IMG/VR virus record: IMGVR_UViG_3300011114_001057
Reading direction: 5' to 3' (one strand)
From: an uncultured virus (IMG/VR IMGVR_UViG_3300011114_001057)
Taxonomy: Duplodnaviria > Heunggongvirae > Uroviricota > Caudoviricetes
Length of the DNA stretch: 64,000 nucleotides
The notes beneath the pieces were generated by a model, which saw nothing but the letters and a program-made list of their open reading frames with translations, made no database searches and had not been told where the DNA came from. Below, piece by piece: positions 38,229 through 49,542 of this stretch. The position numbers and the translations under genes are program-made. Numbering within the stretch: position 1 is the stretch's first letter; each line of letters opens with the position of its first letter.

Positions 38229-38256
38229 ATCTTACTATGATAAAGAAGATAGTTTT
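38229..38256 (-). promoter_or_regulatory. Early/middle-type promoter AAAACT-N14-AGTAAGAT
   Basis: Motif match upstream of the H1-like gene. Confidence 0.55.
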
Positions 38257-39007
38257 AAATAGAATTGATTATATCATCAACTTTTAATGAAAATTTTGCA
38301 TTTGGATAGAGATCTATTGCTTTTTTTACCCAAGAAACGATAGTTTTATCAAATTCAGCTCTACTTATATAGTCAGACTTAACAAAAGGCTGTAAATAAT
38401 CGTAAAACAATTCATCTAATGGTCTGTCTTCTTCTTGTGAACGCGTGTACATGCCGACTATATTAGACTCCATCTCTTCAGGTAGAATAAAATATTTACT
38501 GCTTTTTTTAGAAGCTTTTCTCTCTTCTTTGGAAGAAACATGAACATTATGCTGATCTCTATTTATACCGGTCTGGTCTAAATGGTTGGTTTCATGAGCA
38601 AGTGCATCAATTAATTTATAGTAAAGTTTAGAATAGCATATAGGTTCAGTATTAGGATTGATAATTATATGAATTTCTATTTTAGGTATCAACATGTTCG
38701 TACTGTTTAGCTTCATGTTAGCATCCAACATATAACCATTTTCTTCAAAATTTAGTTCTTCCCAAGGAAGACTACTAAAGTGCGAGTCGTGTTTAGGGTT
38801 AGAGTTATCATCTCTTCTAACATAAAGAGTTAGATCAAACATAAAAGGTTTGGTGAACTCCATTCCGCTAAAAACTGTGTATTCTCTACTTTTAGACTTT
38901 TTAGAATCACGTATCTTATTTATTAACTGATGGGCAGTTGACTTAATAAATTGCAGTTCAGCGTCTTCGCTTTCATTAATAAACTCTATGAATGACATTA
39001 CTTTCAT
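38255..39007 (-). CDS. Putative head-internal protein with an HExxH zincin-like motif
   Basis: N-terminus MKVMSFIEFINE; LAHETNHLDQ..YFILPEEMES. Confidence 0.6.
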   Translation of the reverse strand: MKVMSFIEFINESEDAELQFIKSTAHQLINKIRDSKKSKSREYTVFSGMEFTKPFMFDLTLYVRRDDNSNPKHDSHFSSLPWEELNFEENGYMLDANMKLNSTNMLIPKIEIHIIINPNTEPICYSKLYYKLIDALAHETNHLDQTGINRDQHNVHVSSKEERKASKKSSKYFILPEEMESNIVGMYTRSQEEDRPLDELFYDYLQPFVKSDYISRAEFDKTIVSWVKKAIDLYPNAKFSLKVDDIINSI

Positions 39008-39495
39008 TTTTTGAACCTAACAAAAGTAACATTGATTGCATTAGTAGTAGGTTCACCGTCTTGTGTAAATACTACTTCTATTGGAGTATCCTTCTTTCCA
39101 AAAACATCAGTAGTTACTGCATTTTTTAATTTTTCTATGAAGGTCATGTCTGAATCAGAGATATTTGAACGACTACCTTTTACTATGTTTATTAGGTTTT
39201 TTTTCTTTATTTCAAGATCAGGATCAGTGTGTTTTTGTTTGTCAGTAGAAGTAACATTTGATTTTACCCAAGTATCTAGGTCAACTTCAGTAGTAGAAAA
39301 AGTTGCGTATTCGATAACTACACTTCCGTCTGGGTATTTTCTACGACGTATACCTTCATCACTACTGTCTCCAATAAACGTAAATAAGTATCTCTTAGCT
39401 GGAGCAGGCAGAGCGCCCGGCGCACCTGTGTCTCCAGGCATAGCTGGAATTTCTTGTTCTAATAAATATCGTGTATAATTCTTTAAGTACTTCAT
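39004..39495 (-). CDS. Putative head-internal protein
   Basis: N-terminus MKYLKNYTRYLLE; late operon. Confidence 0.55.
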   Translation of the reverse strand: MKYLKNYTRYLLEQEIPAMPGDTGAPGALPAPAKRYLFTFIGDSSDEGIRRRKYPDGSVVIEYATFSTTEVDLDTWVKSNVTSTDKQKHTDPDLEIKKKNLINIVKGSRSNISDSDMTFIEKLKNAVTTDVFGKKDTPIEVVFTQDGEPTTNAINVTFVRFKK

Positions 39496-39743
39496 TTCTT
39501 GCTAGCAAAATTGCCGTAATTTTTGAACATGTTTCGATTGATCATTTTAGGTTTAGCTTCTTCATATTTAGAATTTACCATAAGACCTATTATTACACTA
39601 TCGTTTTTTTCTATAGTTTTATATCTGATTCCTCTATATAAGAACTCATCATCATCTTTTAACCTATCGAATTCCTTATCCATTTGTTTAACGAATTCTG
39701 GATCTCTATTTTCAAATATAAATTCGCTAAAACTAGGAATCAT
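39492..39743 (-). CDS. Putative head-internal protein
   Basis: N-terminus MIPSFSEFIFE; late box GATAAATAA at 39759-39767. Confidence 0.55.
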   Translation of the reverse strand: MIPSFSEFIFENRDPEFVKQMDKEFDRLKDDDEFLYRGIRYKTIEKNDSVIIGLMVNSKYEEAKPKMINRNMFKNYGNFASKK

Positions 39744-39758
39744 GATAAATGGTTTTTA

Positions 39759-39767
39759 TTATTTATC
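39759..39767 (-). promoter_or_regulatory. Late promoter box GATAAATAA
   Basis: Consensus match upstream of a three-gene cluster. Confidence 0.55.
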
Positions 39768-39838
39768 TAAAGAAGATATAGAATATACTCTATTTAGGAA
39801 GCCATCTCAACTATTCGCATGAAGTATGAGTTGAATGA

Positions 39839-41644
39839 TTAACCGTCGCAAGATAAACAGTCAATGGTAGCACGAGCAGCAATGTCTCCTCTAAGTACTG
39901 ATTCTGTTCTCATGTAATATAAGGTCTTAACTCCTAAGTTATATGCTTCAAGATGAACTTGATTGATAAATTTAGGCTCAGCTTCAGTTGGAAAAGCCAA
40001 GTTTAAGGAAACTGCTTGATCAATATATTGCTGTCTGATTCCGGCTTGTCTTACTAATTCAAGTTGATTGATCTCCTTAAAGGTAAGATATACATTTTTA
40101 AGTTGAATATAATTATCTTGTTCAATAGGAGCAAGTTTTGCTCGTTTAGAAGAAGTTATTGGATTTGATGTTTCTCCAAGTTTAACCCAATAGTTATCTA
40201 AGAAGTCTAGTCCTTGAACAGAGCCCCCGTCTTGTAATATCTGATTCCAAGTATCATCAGTATTATATCCAAGTTTTTCTAAAACCTTTTCTAAAGTAGG
40301 GTTTTTACGAATAAAAGTTCCTTTAGCAGTCTGCTCGGTAAAAACGTTTGCTGCCCAAGGCTCAATGCCAGCAGAAACATTACCTGCAAGCTTTGAATTG
40401 GAAACAGTTGGTGCAATTGCTCGTAAATGAGTGTTCCTCATTCCTGTACCAGCGCACCATAACGGCTCTCCTAATTCTCTTGCCATATCTCTAGAAGCCT
40501 GTTCACTCTCAATTTTTAATTGCGAAAATATCTTTCTTGTCTCAAACTGAGCTGATAATGAGTCAAATGGGATATTTTTGTTTTGTAGATATGTATGCCA
40601 TCCCAAAACTCCTAAACCTAATGCTCTACCTTTTTGAGCAGATCTGACTGCATTATCAAATCCTCTCATGTATTTTGCTCTTTGAATAAACTCATCAAGG
40701 ACTCCATCTAGAAACCAAGTAGCTGTGTAAATAAGGTCAGAATCTTTCCACTCCTCATATCTTGCAAGGTTTAGGGAGGAAAGACAGCAGACGAATGAGT
40801 GATTTTCATCAGTATGTAGGGTGATTTCGCTGCAGATATTTGTCATGTATACTTTAAGTCCATTCTTCTTGTATGCTTCTGGGTTCTGTCGGTTTATATT
40901 ACCTTTATACATGATATAAGGTTCTCCAGTAGACTTTCTTTTCTTAAGGACTGCAGTCCAGCGTCGTCGGGCTTCTTTGTCACCTTGATCCAATCTATTC
41001 ATGAAATCGTCAGAAACTACGACACATTGGTGAAGGCTTAAACACTGACGATTCATGTCTCCTCTAGGCTCTCTGATCTCTAGCCAGTCCCAAAAGTCTC
41101 CATGTTCAATATCAATATTAACTGATGCAGCTCCTCTTCTGACTGAGCCTTGGTTTGTAGCAAGAACAGCCGAATCATATATCTTGCAGAATGGAACTAC
41201 TCCATCTGATGTTCCATTTTGTGAAATTACTGTACCTGCAGGTCTGATTTGATTTACTCCTATTCCTACTCCTCCGCCGTGTTTAGCAAGAAGCATCATT
41301 TCTAGATTTTTACTACCTATATCTACTATTGAGTCAGCAACGTCTATTCCAAAACATGAAATAGGTAGACCCCGTTCAGTGCCAGTGTTTGAGAAAACGG
41401 GTGTTGCTAAGTTTAACCAACCTTTCCACATATAATCAAAAAACTTTGAAGCTAATTCTGGTTTTTTAAGTCGCTTAGCTACAGTAGTAGCAACTCGCCA
41501 ATAAGCGTCCTTTGGAGTCTCACCTTCAAGTAAATATCCTCTAGAAACGGTTTTGACGTAAACTTCAGTATTTGCCCAAACTGGGAAGTGTACACCTATT
41601 TCCCATCCTAAATGTTCTCCTTGATTAATCTCTGTGTCTTCCAT
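39839..41644 (-). CDS. nrdA: Class I ribonucleotide reductase alpha subunit (no ATP cone)
   Basis: LPISCF, GGGVG, QGSVRRGA, TNICSEI, VCCLSSLN, AIAPTVS, KTLYY and C-terminal CLSCDG. Confidence 0.95.
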   Translation of the reverse strand: MEDTEINQGEHLGWEIGVHFPVWANTEVYVKTVSRGYLLEGETPKDAYWRVATTVAKRLKKPELASKFFDYMWKGWLNLATPVFSNTGTERGLPISCFGIDVADSIVDIGSKNLEMMLLAKHGGGVGIGVNQIRPAGTVISQNGTSDGVVPFCKIYDSAVLATNQGSVRRGAASVNIDIEHGDFWDWLEIREPRGDMNRQCLSLHQCVVVSDDFMNRLDQGDKEARRRWTAVLKKRKSTGEPYIMYKGNINRQNPEAYKKNGLKVYMTNICSEITLHTDENHSFVCCLSSLNLARYEEWKDSDLIYTATWFLDGVLDEFIQRAKYMRGFDNAVRSAQKGRALGLGVLGWHTYLQNKNIPFDSLSAQFETRKIFSQLKIESEQASRDMARELGEPLWCAGTGMRNTHLRAIAPTVSNSKLAGNVSAGIEPWAANVFTEQTAKGTFIRKNPTLEKVLEKLGYNTDDTWNQILQDGGSVQGLDFLDNYWVKLGETSNPITSSKRAKLAPIEQDNYIQLKNVYLTFKEINQLELVRQAGIRQQYIDQAVSLNLAFPTEAEPKFINQVHLEAYNLGVKTLYYMRTESVLRGDIAARATIDCLSCDG

Positions 41645-41665
41645 TTTATTTTCTTTAATTTGATT

Positions 41666-42673
41666 TTAACTAAATAATGAGTCCTCGTCCCAGTTTTCGT
41701 TTTCTCCTGCTTTTGCATAATCAGTGGATCTAATTGCAAAGAAATCAGTATGGGTATGTCCGCCAGTAAGATGATAAAACCAGTCTAAGCTAGAGGCTGC
41801 TGCCTCATCATAATCAAATATTGATTCATATCCTAATTCTACTAGTTTTTCATTTGCTCTCTTCTTGATAAACTCTTTTAAATCATTTGCTGTAAGATTC
41901 TCAAGGTCTCCCATTTCGAACATTTTATCAATAAATTTAAGTTCCATTTCTACTATTAAAGCAGCTGCTTCTTCTACTTGAACTCTAACACTACTTCCTA
42001 ATTCTGGAAAATCTTCGCACATATGTCTAAAGAGTTGGCAACCCATCTTTGAGTGTAAAGATTCATCTCTAACTGACCATTTCATCTGTTGACCTACACC
42101 TTTAAGTAAGTTTCTCATTTGAAAAGAATAAAGAACTGCAAATGATGAATATAGTGATACTCCCTCAGCAAATGCTGAAAATATAGCTAGTGATCGCGCA
42201 ACGTCCTTACGTGCCTCAGTTGAAGTTGCAAGATCATCATGAGTGTAATCATTAGTTGTTTTTACTAGGAATTCAAATTTTTCAGCAATAGTAGGCTCAT
42301 GTAAGAAAGCTTTAAAGTCTTCAAGGCCGAGAGTCTCATTAAGATATGAGTATGCAGTTGCATGGATTGTTTCTTGTGAACCAAACATCATTGCCATTTG
42401 TCTTATTTCATGTTTAGGAAACCACTTGGTAACTAGACCAGTCCAGTAATCTGAGACTGCACATTCAGTTTGAGCAAAACCCAATAGAATATTCCCAACT
42501 AGGTTTTTTTCAGCTATTGTTAATTTTTCATGCCAATCTTTAACATCTCCTTGCATGGAGATCTCCGTATGTAACCAAAAAGCTTGTGCTTGTTTTAACC
42601 AGCCTTCAGTATAGTATACTGGGTATTCAAAAGGCTTATACTCAATTCTTTCTTGGAACATTTTTGATGACAT
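41666..42673 (-). CDS. nrdB: Class I ribonucleotide reductase beta subunit
   Basis: KPFEYP, FWLHTE, QETIHATAY, EGVSLYSSF, RDESLH and DFFAIRSTDY. Confidence 0.95.
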   Translation of the reverse strand: MSSKMFQERIEYKPFEYPVYYTEGWLKQAQAFWLHTEISMQGDVKDWHEKLTIAEKNLVGNILLGFAQTECAVSDYWTGLVTKWFPKHEIRQMAMMFGSQETIHATAYSYLNETLGLEDFKAFLHEPTIAEKFEFLVKTTNDYTHDDLATSTEARKDVARSLAIFSAFAEGVSLYSSFAVLYSFQMRNLLKGVGQQMKWSVRDESLHSKMGCQLFRHMCEDFPELGSSVRVQVEEAAALIVEMELKFIDKMFEMGDLENLTANDLKEFIKKRANEKLVELGYESIFDYDEAAASSLDWFYHLTGGHTHTDFFAIRSTDYAKAGENENWDEDSLFS

Positions 42674-42822
42674 AGTTATTATTTTTTTTAGACAGCACAG
42701 CTTTACTATTAGTTATGCTAATTGTTGTATTTTTTTATAAGAATTAATTGTTAGATTGATAACTAAATTAAATTCTAAGTTATTTATTTGAGCTAAATTG
42801 GAGATGGTCGTAAGTTTAAAAA

Positions 42823-43998
42823 TTACTGAACAAACTCTTCGGTAAACTCAAATTTTAGGTTCTTGCTGATTGGATCAACTTTTGAAACCTTAACATATGG
42901 ATAAAGATTGATGTTCTTTTCAAGATCTGTACGCTTCAGTGTAACTTCAAAGTTTTCACCATCTACCTCTATTGATATTGAATTGTTTTTAGAATCAACA
43001 GTATACACAAAACTTCTATTTTCAGTTCTGTCTCTTAATTTTTGCCAAGCTAATTTTTCAGAGTTAGTGTTTTCAGGAGAAAGCGTAAATACAATTCTAT
43101 ACTGACCTTTTTTAGATGTTATGTCTTTAATATACACGTCTAATTTATCACCAGTTTTAAAGGATGATTTTATTTTTCCATAATCACTAAATTCAGAACT
43201 ATGAACTAGACCTGTGAAGTATTCGTCTATTTCAACAAAGATTCCAAAATCATAAGGCTTACTAGTTAATATTCCAGAATATGGAATATTGAAGTGTAGG
43301 TTCTCAATCATAATAGGCATTGAGCTTGTTATGTATTTTTTATGAGAGAGAATAAATAAATCGTTTGATTGATCGTAGTTATCTACCATAACAAATAAAG
43401 TTTTACCTAGCATGTCATTAAAGTTATAGACAACATTTGCTGCAGCATGCGAGCCTGGGATAAAGCATTCAACTTCGTTATTGTACAAGGCAAGATACCC
43501 TCCTTTTATTAATTTAATGATAGTTACTTCAAACCACGTATTGTTTTTAAGATGATCAAACAAGTCATACTTATAAGAAACGGCAAGCGCTTTTTTCTCA
43601 GAACCAAAATTTTCACCGTGTGTATTTGTTTTATATAGCGAAACATAAAAAGTAGGATCTTCGCTTTTGATTAGCTCTTCAACTGATCCTGAGTATTCCC
43701 TAAACGGAATAAGAACAGTTGTACCTGAATTTATGTCTTCTGCATAGATCATACTATCTTTATTGGAAATCTGCTTAGCCGAAACTCGATAAATTGAATC
43801 AGTAACTAAATCTTTAGCTGAAGTGTCTTCGTTTTTTTGATAGTTGCGCATAGCATCATATAACTCTTGAGCATAAGACTCTTGACAGTATATTTTGACA
43901 CCTTTTTTACGATCTTCATCATTTAATTTTATGCTAGTATTGTACTTACCGGTGTTTTCAAACACGTCTTGTTCCAACTCAATCGCCTGTTCTATCAT
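42823..43998 (-). CDS. rpsA: Ribosomal protein S1-like multi-S1-domain protein
   Basis: IKGGYLA..ECFIPGSH..FILSHK and DFGIFVEID..TGLVHSSE..GDKLDVYI..RIVFTL S1 repeats. Confidence 0.75.
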   Translation of the reverse strand: MIEQAIELEQDVFENTGKYNTSIKLNDEDRKKGVKIYCQESYAQELYDAMRNYQKNEDTSAKDLVTDSIYRVSAKQISNKDSMIYAEDINSGTTVLIPFREYSGSVEELIKSEDPTFYVSLYKTNTHGENFGSEKKALAVSYKYDLFDHLKNNTWFEVTIIKLIKGGYLALYNNEVECFIPGSHAAANVVYNFNDMLGKTLFVMVDNYDQSNDLFILSHKKYITSSMPIMIENLHFNIPYSGILTSKPYDFGIFVEIDEYFTGLVHSSEFSDYGKIKSSFKTGDKLDVYIKDITSKKGQYRIVFTLSPENTNSEKLAWQKLRDRTENRSFVYTVDSKNNSISIEVDGENFEVTLKRTDLEKNINLYPYVKVSKVDPISKNLKFEFTEEFVQ

Positions 43999-44015
43999 CT
44001 TATTGTATTTTAAAT

Positions 44016-44044
44016 TTTATACATTAATATTTAACTTAAGTTTT
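44016..44044 (-). promoter_or_regulatory. Early/middle-type promoter AAAACT-N15-TGTATAAA
   Basis: Motif variant upstream of the S1-like gene. Confidence 0.45.
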
Positions 44045-44053
44045 AGTTAAATA

Positions 44054-46461
<2,408 letters not shown>

Positions 46462-46467
46462 TAGTTG

Positions 46468-47199
46468 TTATGCTTGATATGCATAATCTTTTACTATGGA
46501 AAGTCCAGAAAGTTTTAATAAAATATTAGTAGTAGTCATGACATCACGTTCACAATACTTGGTGATCTTTTCTATTTCACCTTTCCAAAAGTAAGAATTG
46601 ACTTCTGACCCTTGAATTTCTTCTTTTGGAGAGTCTAAGCCAATTGATGTTGCTAATAGATCAAGTGAAGTAAATCCTTCTTGCCATGCACCGAAACTCC
46701 AAACTTCAGATGTATCGATAAACGGCATCTCCCAAGGTTTAAGGTTGTGGATTAGCAGGCCTTTAGGTAAAGAATAACCATTAATTAAGAGTCTTTTACA
46801 CATCATAGGTACGTCAAATCTCTTAATGTTATGTCCGACAAACTTTAAGTTAAAGAACTTTTCAAAGACTTTGTGAATTCCTTCTAGTACTTCTATTTCC
46901 GAATCACTAGAATAGCTCTTAACTATTAAAGAGGGTCCTTCTTCTGTCCAACTGAGTCTTGCAAAAGTAGCACAGACTATTCTAGCAAATTCAGGAGTAA
47001 GTGCAGCCTTTTCTACGTATAGTTCCTCGTCGGTTAAGTATTTGTTTTCTTCAAAACGTGATCGTAAGTAATCGCATCGTTTAGACCAGAGTTCAGCTTT
47101 CTTCTTGTTTGCAAGAAGCAGCAAGTCTAGTGATTCATATTCTGCAGCAGTTTCAAGATCAAAGAATACTGCTTTTATTAGTTCGGATTGGCTATACAT
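46468..47199 (-). CDS. PolB-like stand-alone 3'-5' exonuclease
   Basis: FFDLET, GHNIKRFDVP, KPWE, DTSEVWSFG and YCERDV. Confidence 0.82.
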   Translation of the reverse strand: MYSQSELIKAVFFDLETAAEYESLDLLLLANKKKAELWSKRCDYLRSRFEENKYLTDEELYVEKAALTPEFARIVCATFARLSWTEEGPSLIVKSYSSDSEIEVLEGIHKVFEKFFNLKFVGHNIKRFDVPMMCKRLLINGYSLPKGLLIHNLKPWEMPFIDTSEVWSFGAWQEGFTSLDLLATSIGLDSPKEEIQGSEVNSYFWKGEIEKITKYCERDVMTTTNILLKLSGLSIVKDYAYQA

Positions 47200-47206
47200 A
47201 TTATTT

Positions 47207-48169
47207 TTATACTAGATTTAGATTTTCAGTTTCCTCAAAAGAAAATGGAATAGGTGCATCAAGCAGCTCAGTGCTTTCTCGATAGCGAAGAATGGATAGA
47301 TCTTTAGCTTTGGCTTCGATTTCAATATCGACAGTTAGACCATAGCTTGGAATCTTTTCATAGATATAATCAGAATGTGAACGATTGATGACTGATGAAT
47401 CTTCATAAAGAGCCTTTGAACTTGAATAGTGCTGTAGGGGAGTAAAACCCTGCCAAGTAGAAGCGGCTAGATGAGCTGCCTCGCTTGCAGTAAGATCCCC
47501 TGTACAAAACCGGTGATGTAGGTGATCAAAAGTAACAGGACAGCCGACTACACGATAGACTCCATGATAGAGATCCTTGACTGAAAACTGTGATTCCTTA
47601 TCATCGTTTTCCACAACAAGTCTCGCTTGCGTGTGGGGGGAAAGACGAGAGAAGTTTTCGCAAAACCTAGCGAGTGCAGATTCCTTGTCACCATATGAAC
47701 CACCGATATGAATGTTGATAGGTGAACGATAATCTCTAGGCAGACCCATTAGATTCATAATATTTGAGTGCTGATCTAGATCATATATTGTCTTTTCAAC
47801 AATACTATCGGTTGGTGAAGCCAGAACATCGAATTGACCAGGATGAAAAGATATACGCATGTTGTTTTCATCTACGTATTTTCCAACCTTTGCGGCCACT
47901 GCTGCTATCTCATAAAAATCAGGTAAGTCACTGATTAAGTACTCACTCATCCAAGGAAAAAGATCAGAAGACATACGATATACCCAAATATCGTTTTGTT
48001 TATTCCACTCTAGTATCTTTAATAGATCACGCAGGTTGGCTAAGGCAAGTTGACTTGCGTAGGCAATTCCTTTTTCTTGCCAAGTTTTTTTTATCATTCC
48101 TCGATTGGTTGTTATTCCCTCGTCCTTGAGAGAAAGATTAATACAGCAATATCCTAGTCGTACACTCAT
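47207..48169 (-). CDS. uvsE: UV-damage endonuclease (UvsE/UVDE)
   Basis: RLGYCCIN, YRMSSDLFP, RISFHPGQF, LVVENDD, FDHLHH, HSDY and IEAKAK. Confidence 0.92.
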   Translation of the reverse strand: MSVRLGYCCINLSLKDEGITTNRGMIKKTWQEKGIAYASQLALANLRDLLKILEWNKQNDIWVYRMSSDLFPWMSEYLISDLPDFYEIAAVAAKVGKYVDENNMRISFHPGQFDVLASPTDSIVEKTIYDLDQHSNIMNLMGLPRDYRSPINIHIGGSYGDKESALARFCENFSRLSPHTQARLVVENDDKESQFSVKDLYHGVYRVVGCPVTFDHLHHRFCTGDLTASEAAHLAASTWQGFTPLQHYSSSKALYEDSSVINRSHSDYIYEKIPSYGLTVDIEIEAKAKDLSILRYRESTELLDAPIPFSFEETENLNLV

Positions 48170-48207
48170 ATTGCTATAGTACTAATAATTATGTAAAATT
48201 AAAAATC

Positions 48208-48321
48208 GATGGGCCCCCGTGCGCGAGTAGCTACTAAAGTATCTATATAGTAATTATTAAAATAAAGACTATAGTATCTATTTACTATTATAGTACTACT
48301 AGTGTATACCCGCCCGCCATC
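48208..48321 (-). ncRNA. Candidate ~110-nt hairpin ncRNA or replication origin with GC-rich ends and an AT-rich core
   Basis: Long imperfect inverted repeat directly downstream of a consensus promoter (48324-48352); no ORF; located at the strand switch. Confidence 0.45.
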
Positions 48322-48323
48322 CC

Positions 48324-48352
48324 ATTATACTGGAAAAAAGCTCAGAGGTTTT
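48324..48352 (-). promoter_or_regulatory. Early/middle-type promoter AAAACC-N15-AGTATAAT
   Basis: Perfect consensus pointing into the hairpin element. Confidence 0.65.
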
Positions 48353-48373
48353 GAATAAATATATTTTAGGTAT

Positions 48374-48402
48374 AAAACTTTTCCAAAAATACTTAGTACA
48401 AG
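48374..48402 (+). promoter_or_regulatory. Divergent early/middle-type promoter AAAACT-N15-AGTACAAG
   Basis: Motif variant upstream of the resolvase and sigma genes. Confidence 0.5.
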
Positions 48403-48429
48403 AACTTATCTAAAAACATCAATTGATGA

Positions 48430-49089
48430 ATGACTATAGTCAGTATTGACTTCTCTATACTTTATCCAGGAATCTGTATATCGAAAGATTTTAAAGAATT
48501 TAAGTGGATATCAATAGTCAACACTAGAATCACAAAAAAAGAGAGGGAAAATCTAGACTGTTTAGTAGAACTCTATCCCAACCTATCAATATCTTACACT
48601 AGTAGCAAAAGAAAAACTGAAGCAGAATATCATCTGACTGAAAGAACCAAGTTAATTAATTATCAAGAGCTAATAGATCTTATAATTAAGGAAATCTTAG
48701 AAAAAACAGACGATGATAATATAATCTGTGCAATAGAAGGAATTTCGTATGGATCAAAAGGAAATTCTCTAGTTGATATCTCACAATCTACAGGTATACT
48801 AAAAATAAAATTGATTGAAGAAGTGTTGAATAATCAACATGAAAGACTCTTTGTGTTTAGTCCTAGCGAACTTAAAAACGCAATAGGAGCTAAAGGTAAT
48901 GCTGGAAAACTAGACATATTTGAAAAGTTTAAAGTGGATCCAATACTTGAGTCTGTAAAAGATTCTGATTTGTTTAAAGCAGTTAATTCACAAAAGTGGA
49001 TAATAAAAGGTGATAAAATAACTTCACCAATAATTGACATGATAGACTCTTACCTAGGCGTAGTTAAGATATATCAGTCATCAAAATAA
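48430..49089 (+). CDS. RuvC-like Holliday junction resolvase
   Basis: VSIDFSILYPGIC, AIEGISYGS, FSPSELK..GAKGNAGK and DMIDSY. Confidence 0.7.
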   Translation: MTIVSIDFSILYPGICISKDFKEFKWISIVNTRITKKERENLDCLVELYPNLSISYTSSKRKTEAEYHLTERTKLINYQELIDLIIKEILEKTDDDNIICAIEGISYGSKGNSLVDISQSTGILKIKLIEEVLNNQHERLFVFSPSELKNAIGAKGNAGKLDIFEKFKVDPILESVKDSDLFKAVNSQKWIIKGDKITSPIIDMIDSYLGVVKIYQSSK

Positions 49090-49101
49090 TTTAAAAAGAA
49101 A

Positions 49102-49500
49102 ATGGCTAGAAAAAAGAAAGGTGACGTACACTACATTAACAACAAGGAGTTTACTCAAGACATTATTGAGTGTAAGAAAACTGGAGAGCTCTCAAAATAT
49201 TCAATAAACTGTTTTATTAGTCTAGCGAATAGAGCAGTAGATCGACTCTATTTCAGGGATTATCGAGATAGAGAAGACTGTATTCAATCTGCAATTATTG
49301 ACTGTTTAAAGTATTGGAAGAGCTTTGACGAGACTCGAAGTGTTATGCCTAATGCTTTTTCATATTTTACACAGGTATGCAAAAACGGATACGCTAAAGA
49401 GTGGAAAAAGATTCATAAGAAGACAGGTCTTGATCCTGAAGATACTTTAGAATTTATATCACTAAACATGAATGGCGAAAATTCAGTATACAGCATATAA
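49102..49500 (+). CDS. gp55: Late-transcription sigma factor (T4 gp55-like, compact)
   Basis: HYINNKEF, REDCIQSAIIDCLKYWKSFD and NAFSYFTQVCKN. Confidence 0.8.
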   Translation: MARKKKGDVHYINNKEFTQDIIECKKTGELSKYSINCFISLANRAVDRLYFRDYRDREDCIQSAIIDCLKYWKSFDETRSVMPNAFSYFTQVCKNGYAKEWKKIHKKTGLDPEDTLEFISLNMNGENSVYSI

Positions 49501-49512
49501 CTCGTATTACTG

Positions 49513-49521
49513 GATAAATAA
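49513..49521 (+). promoter_or_regulatory. Late promoter box GATAAATAA
   Basis: Upstream of the large structural gene cluster. Confidence 0.6.
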
Positions 49522-49542
49522 TCTAGATAAAATAGAATTAAA

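Noticed and set aside
39807..39834. Terminator after nrdA
   Set aside because: Only a 6-bp stem with a large loop and no U-tract
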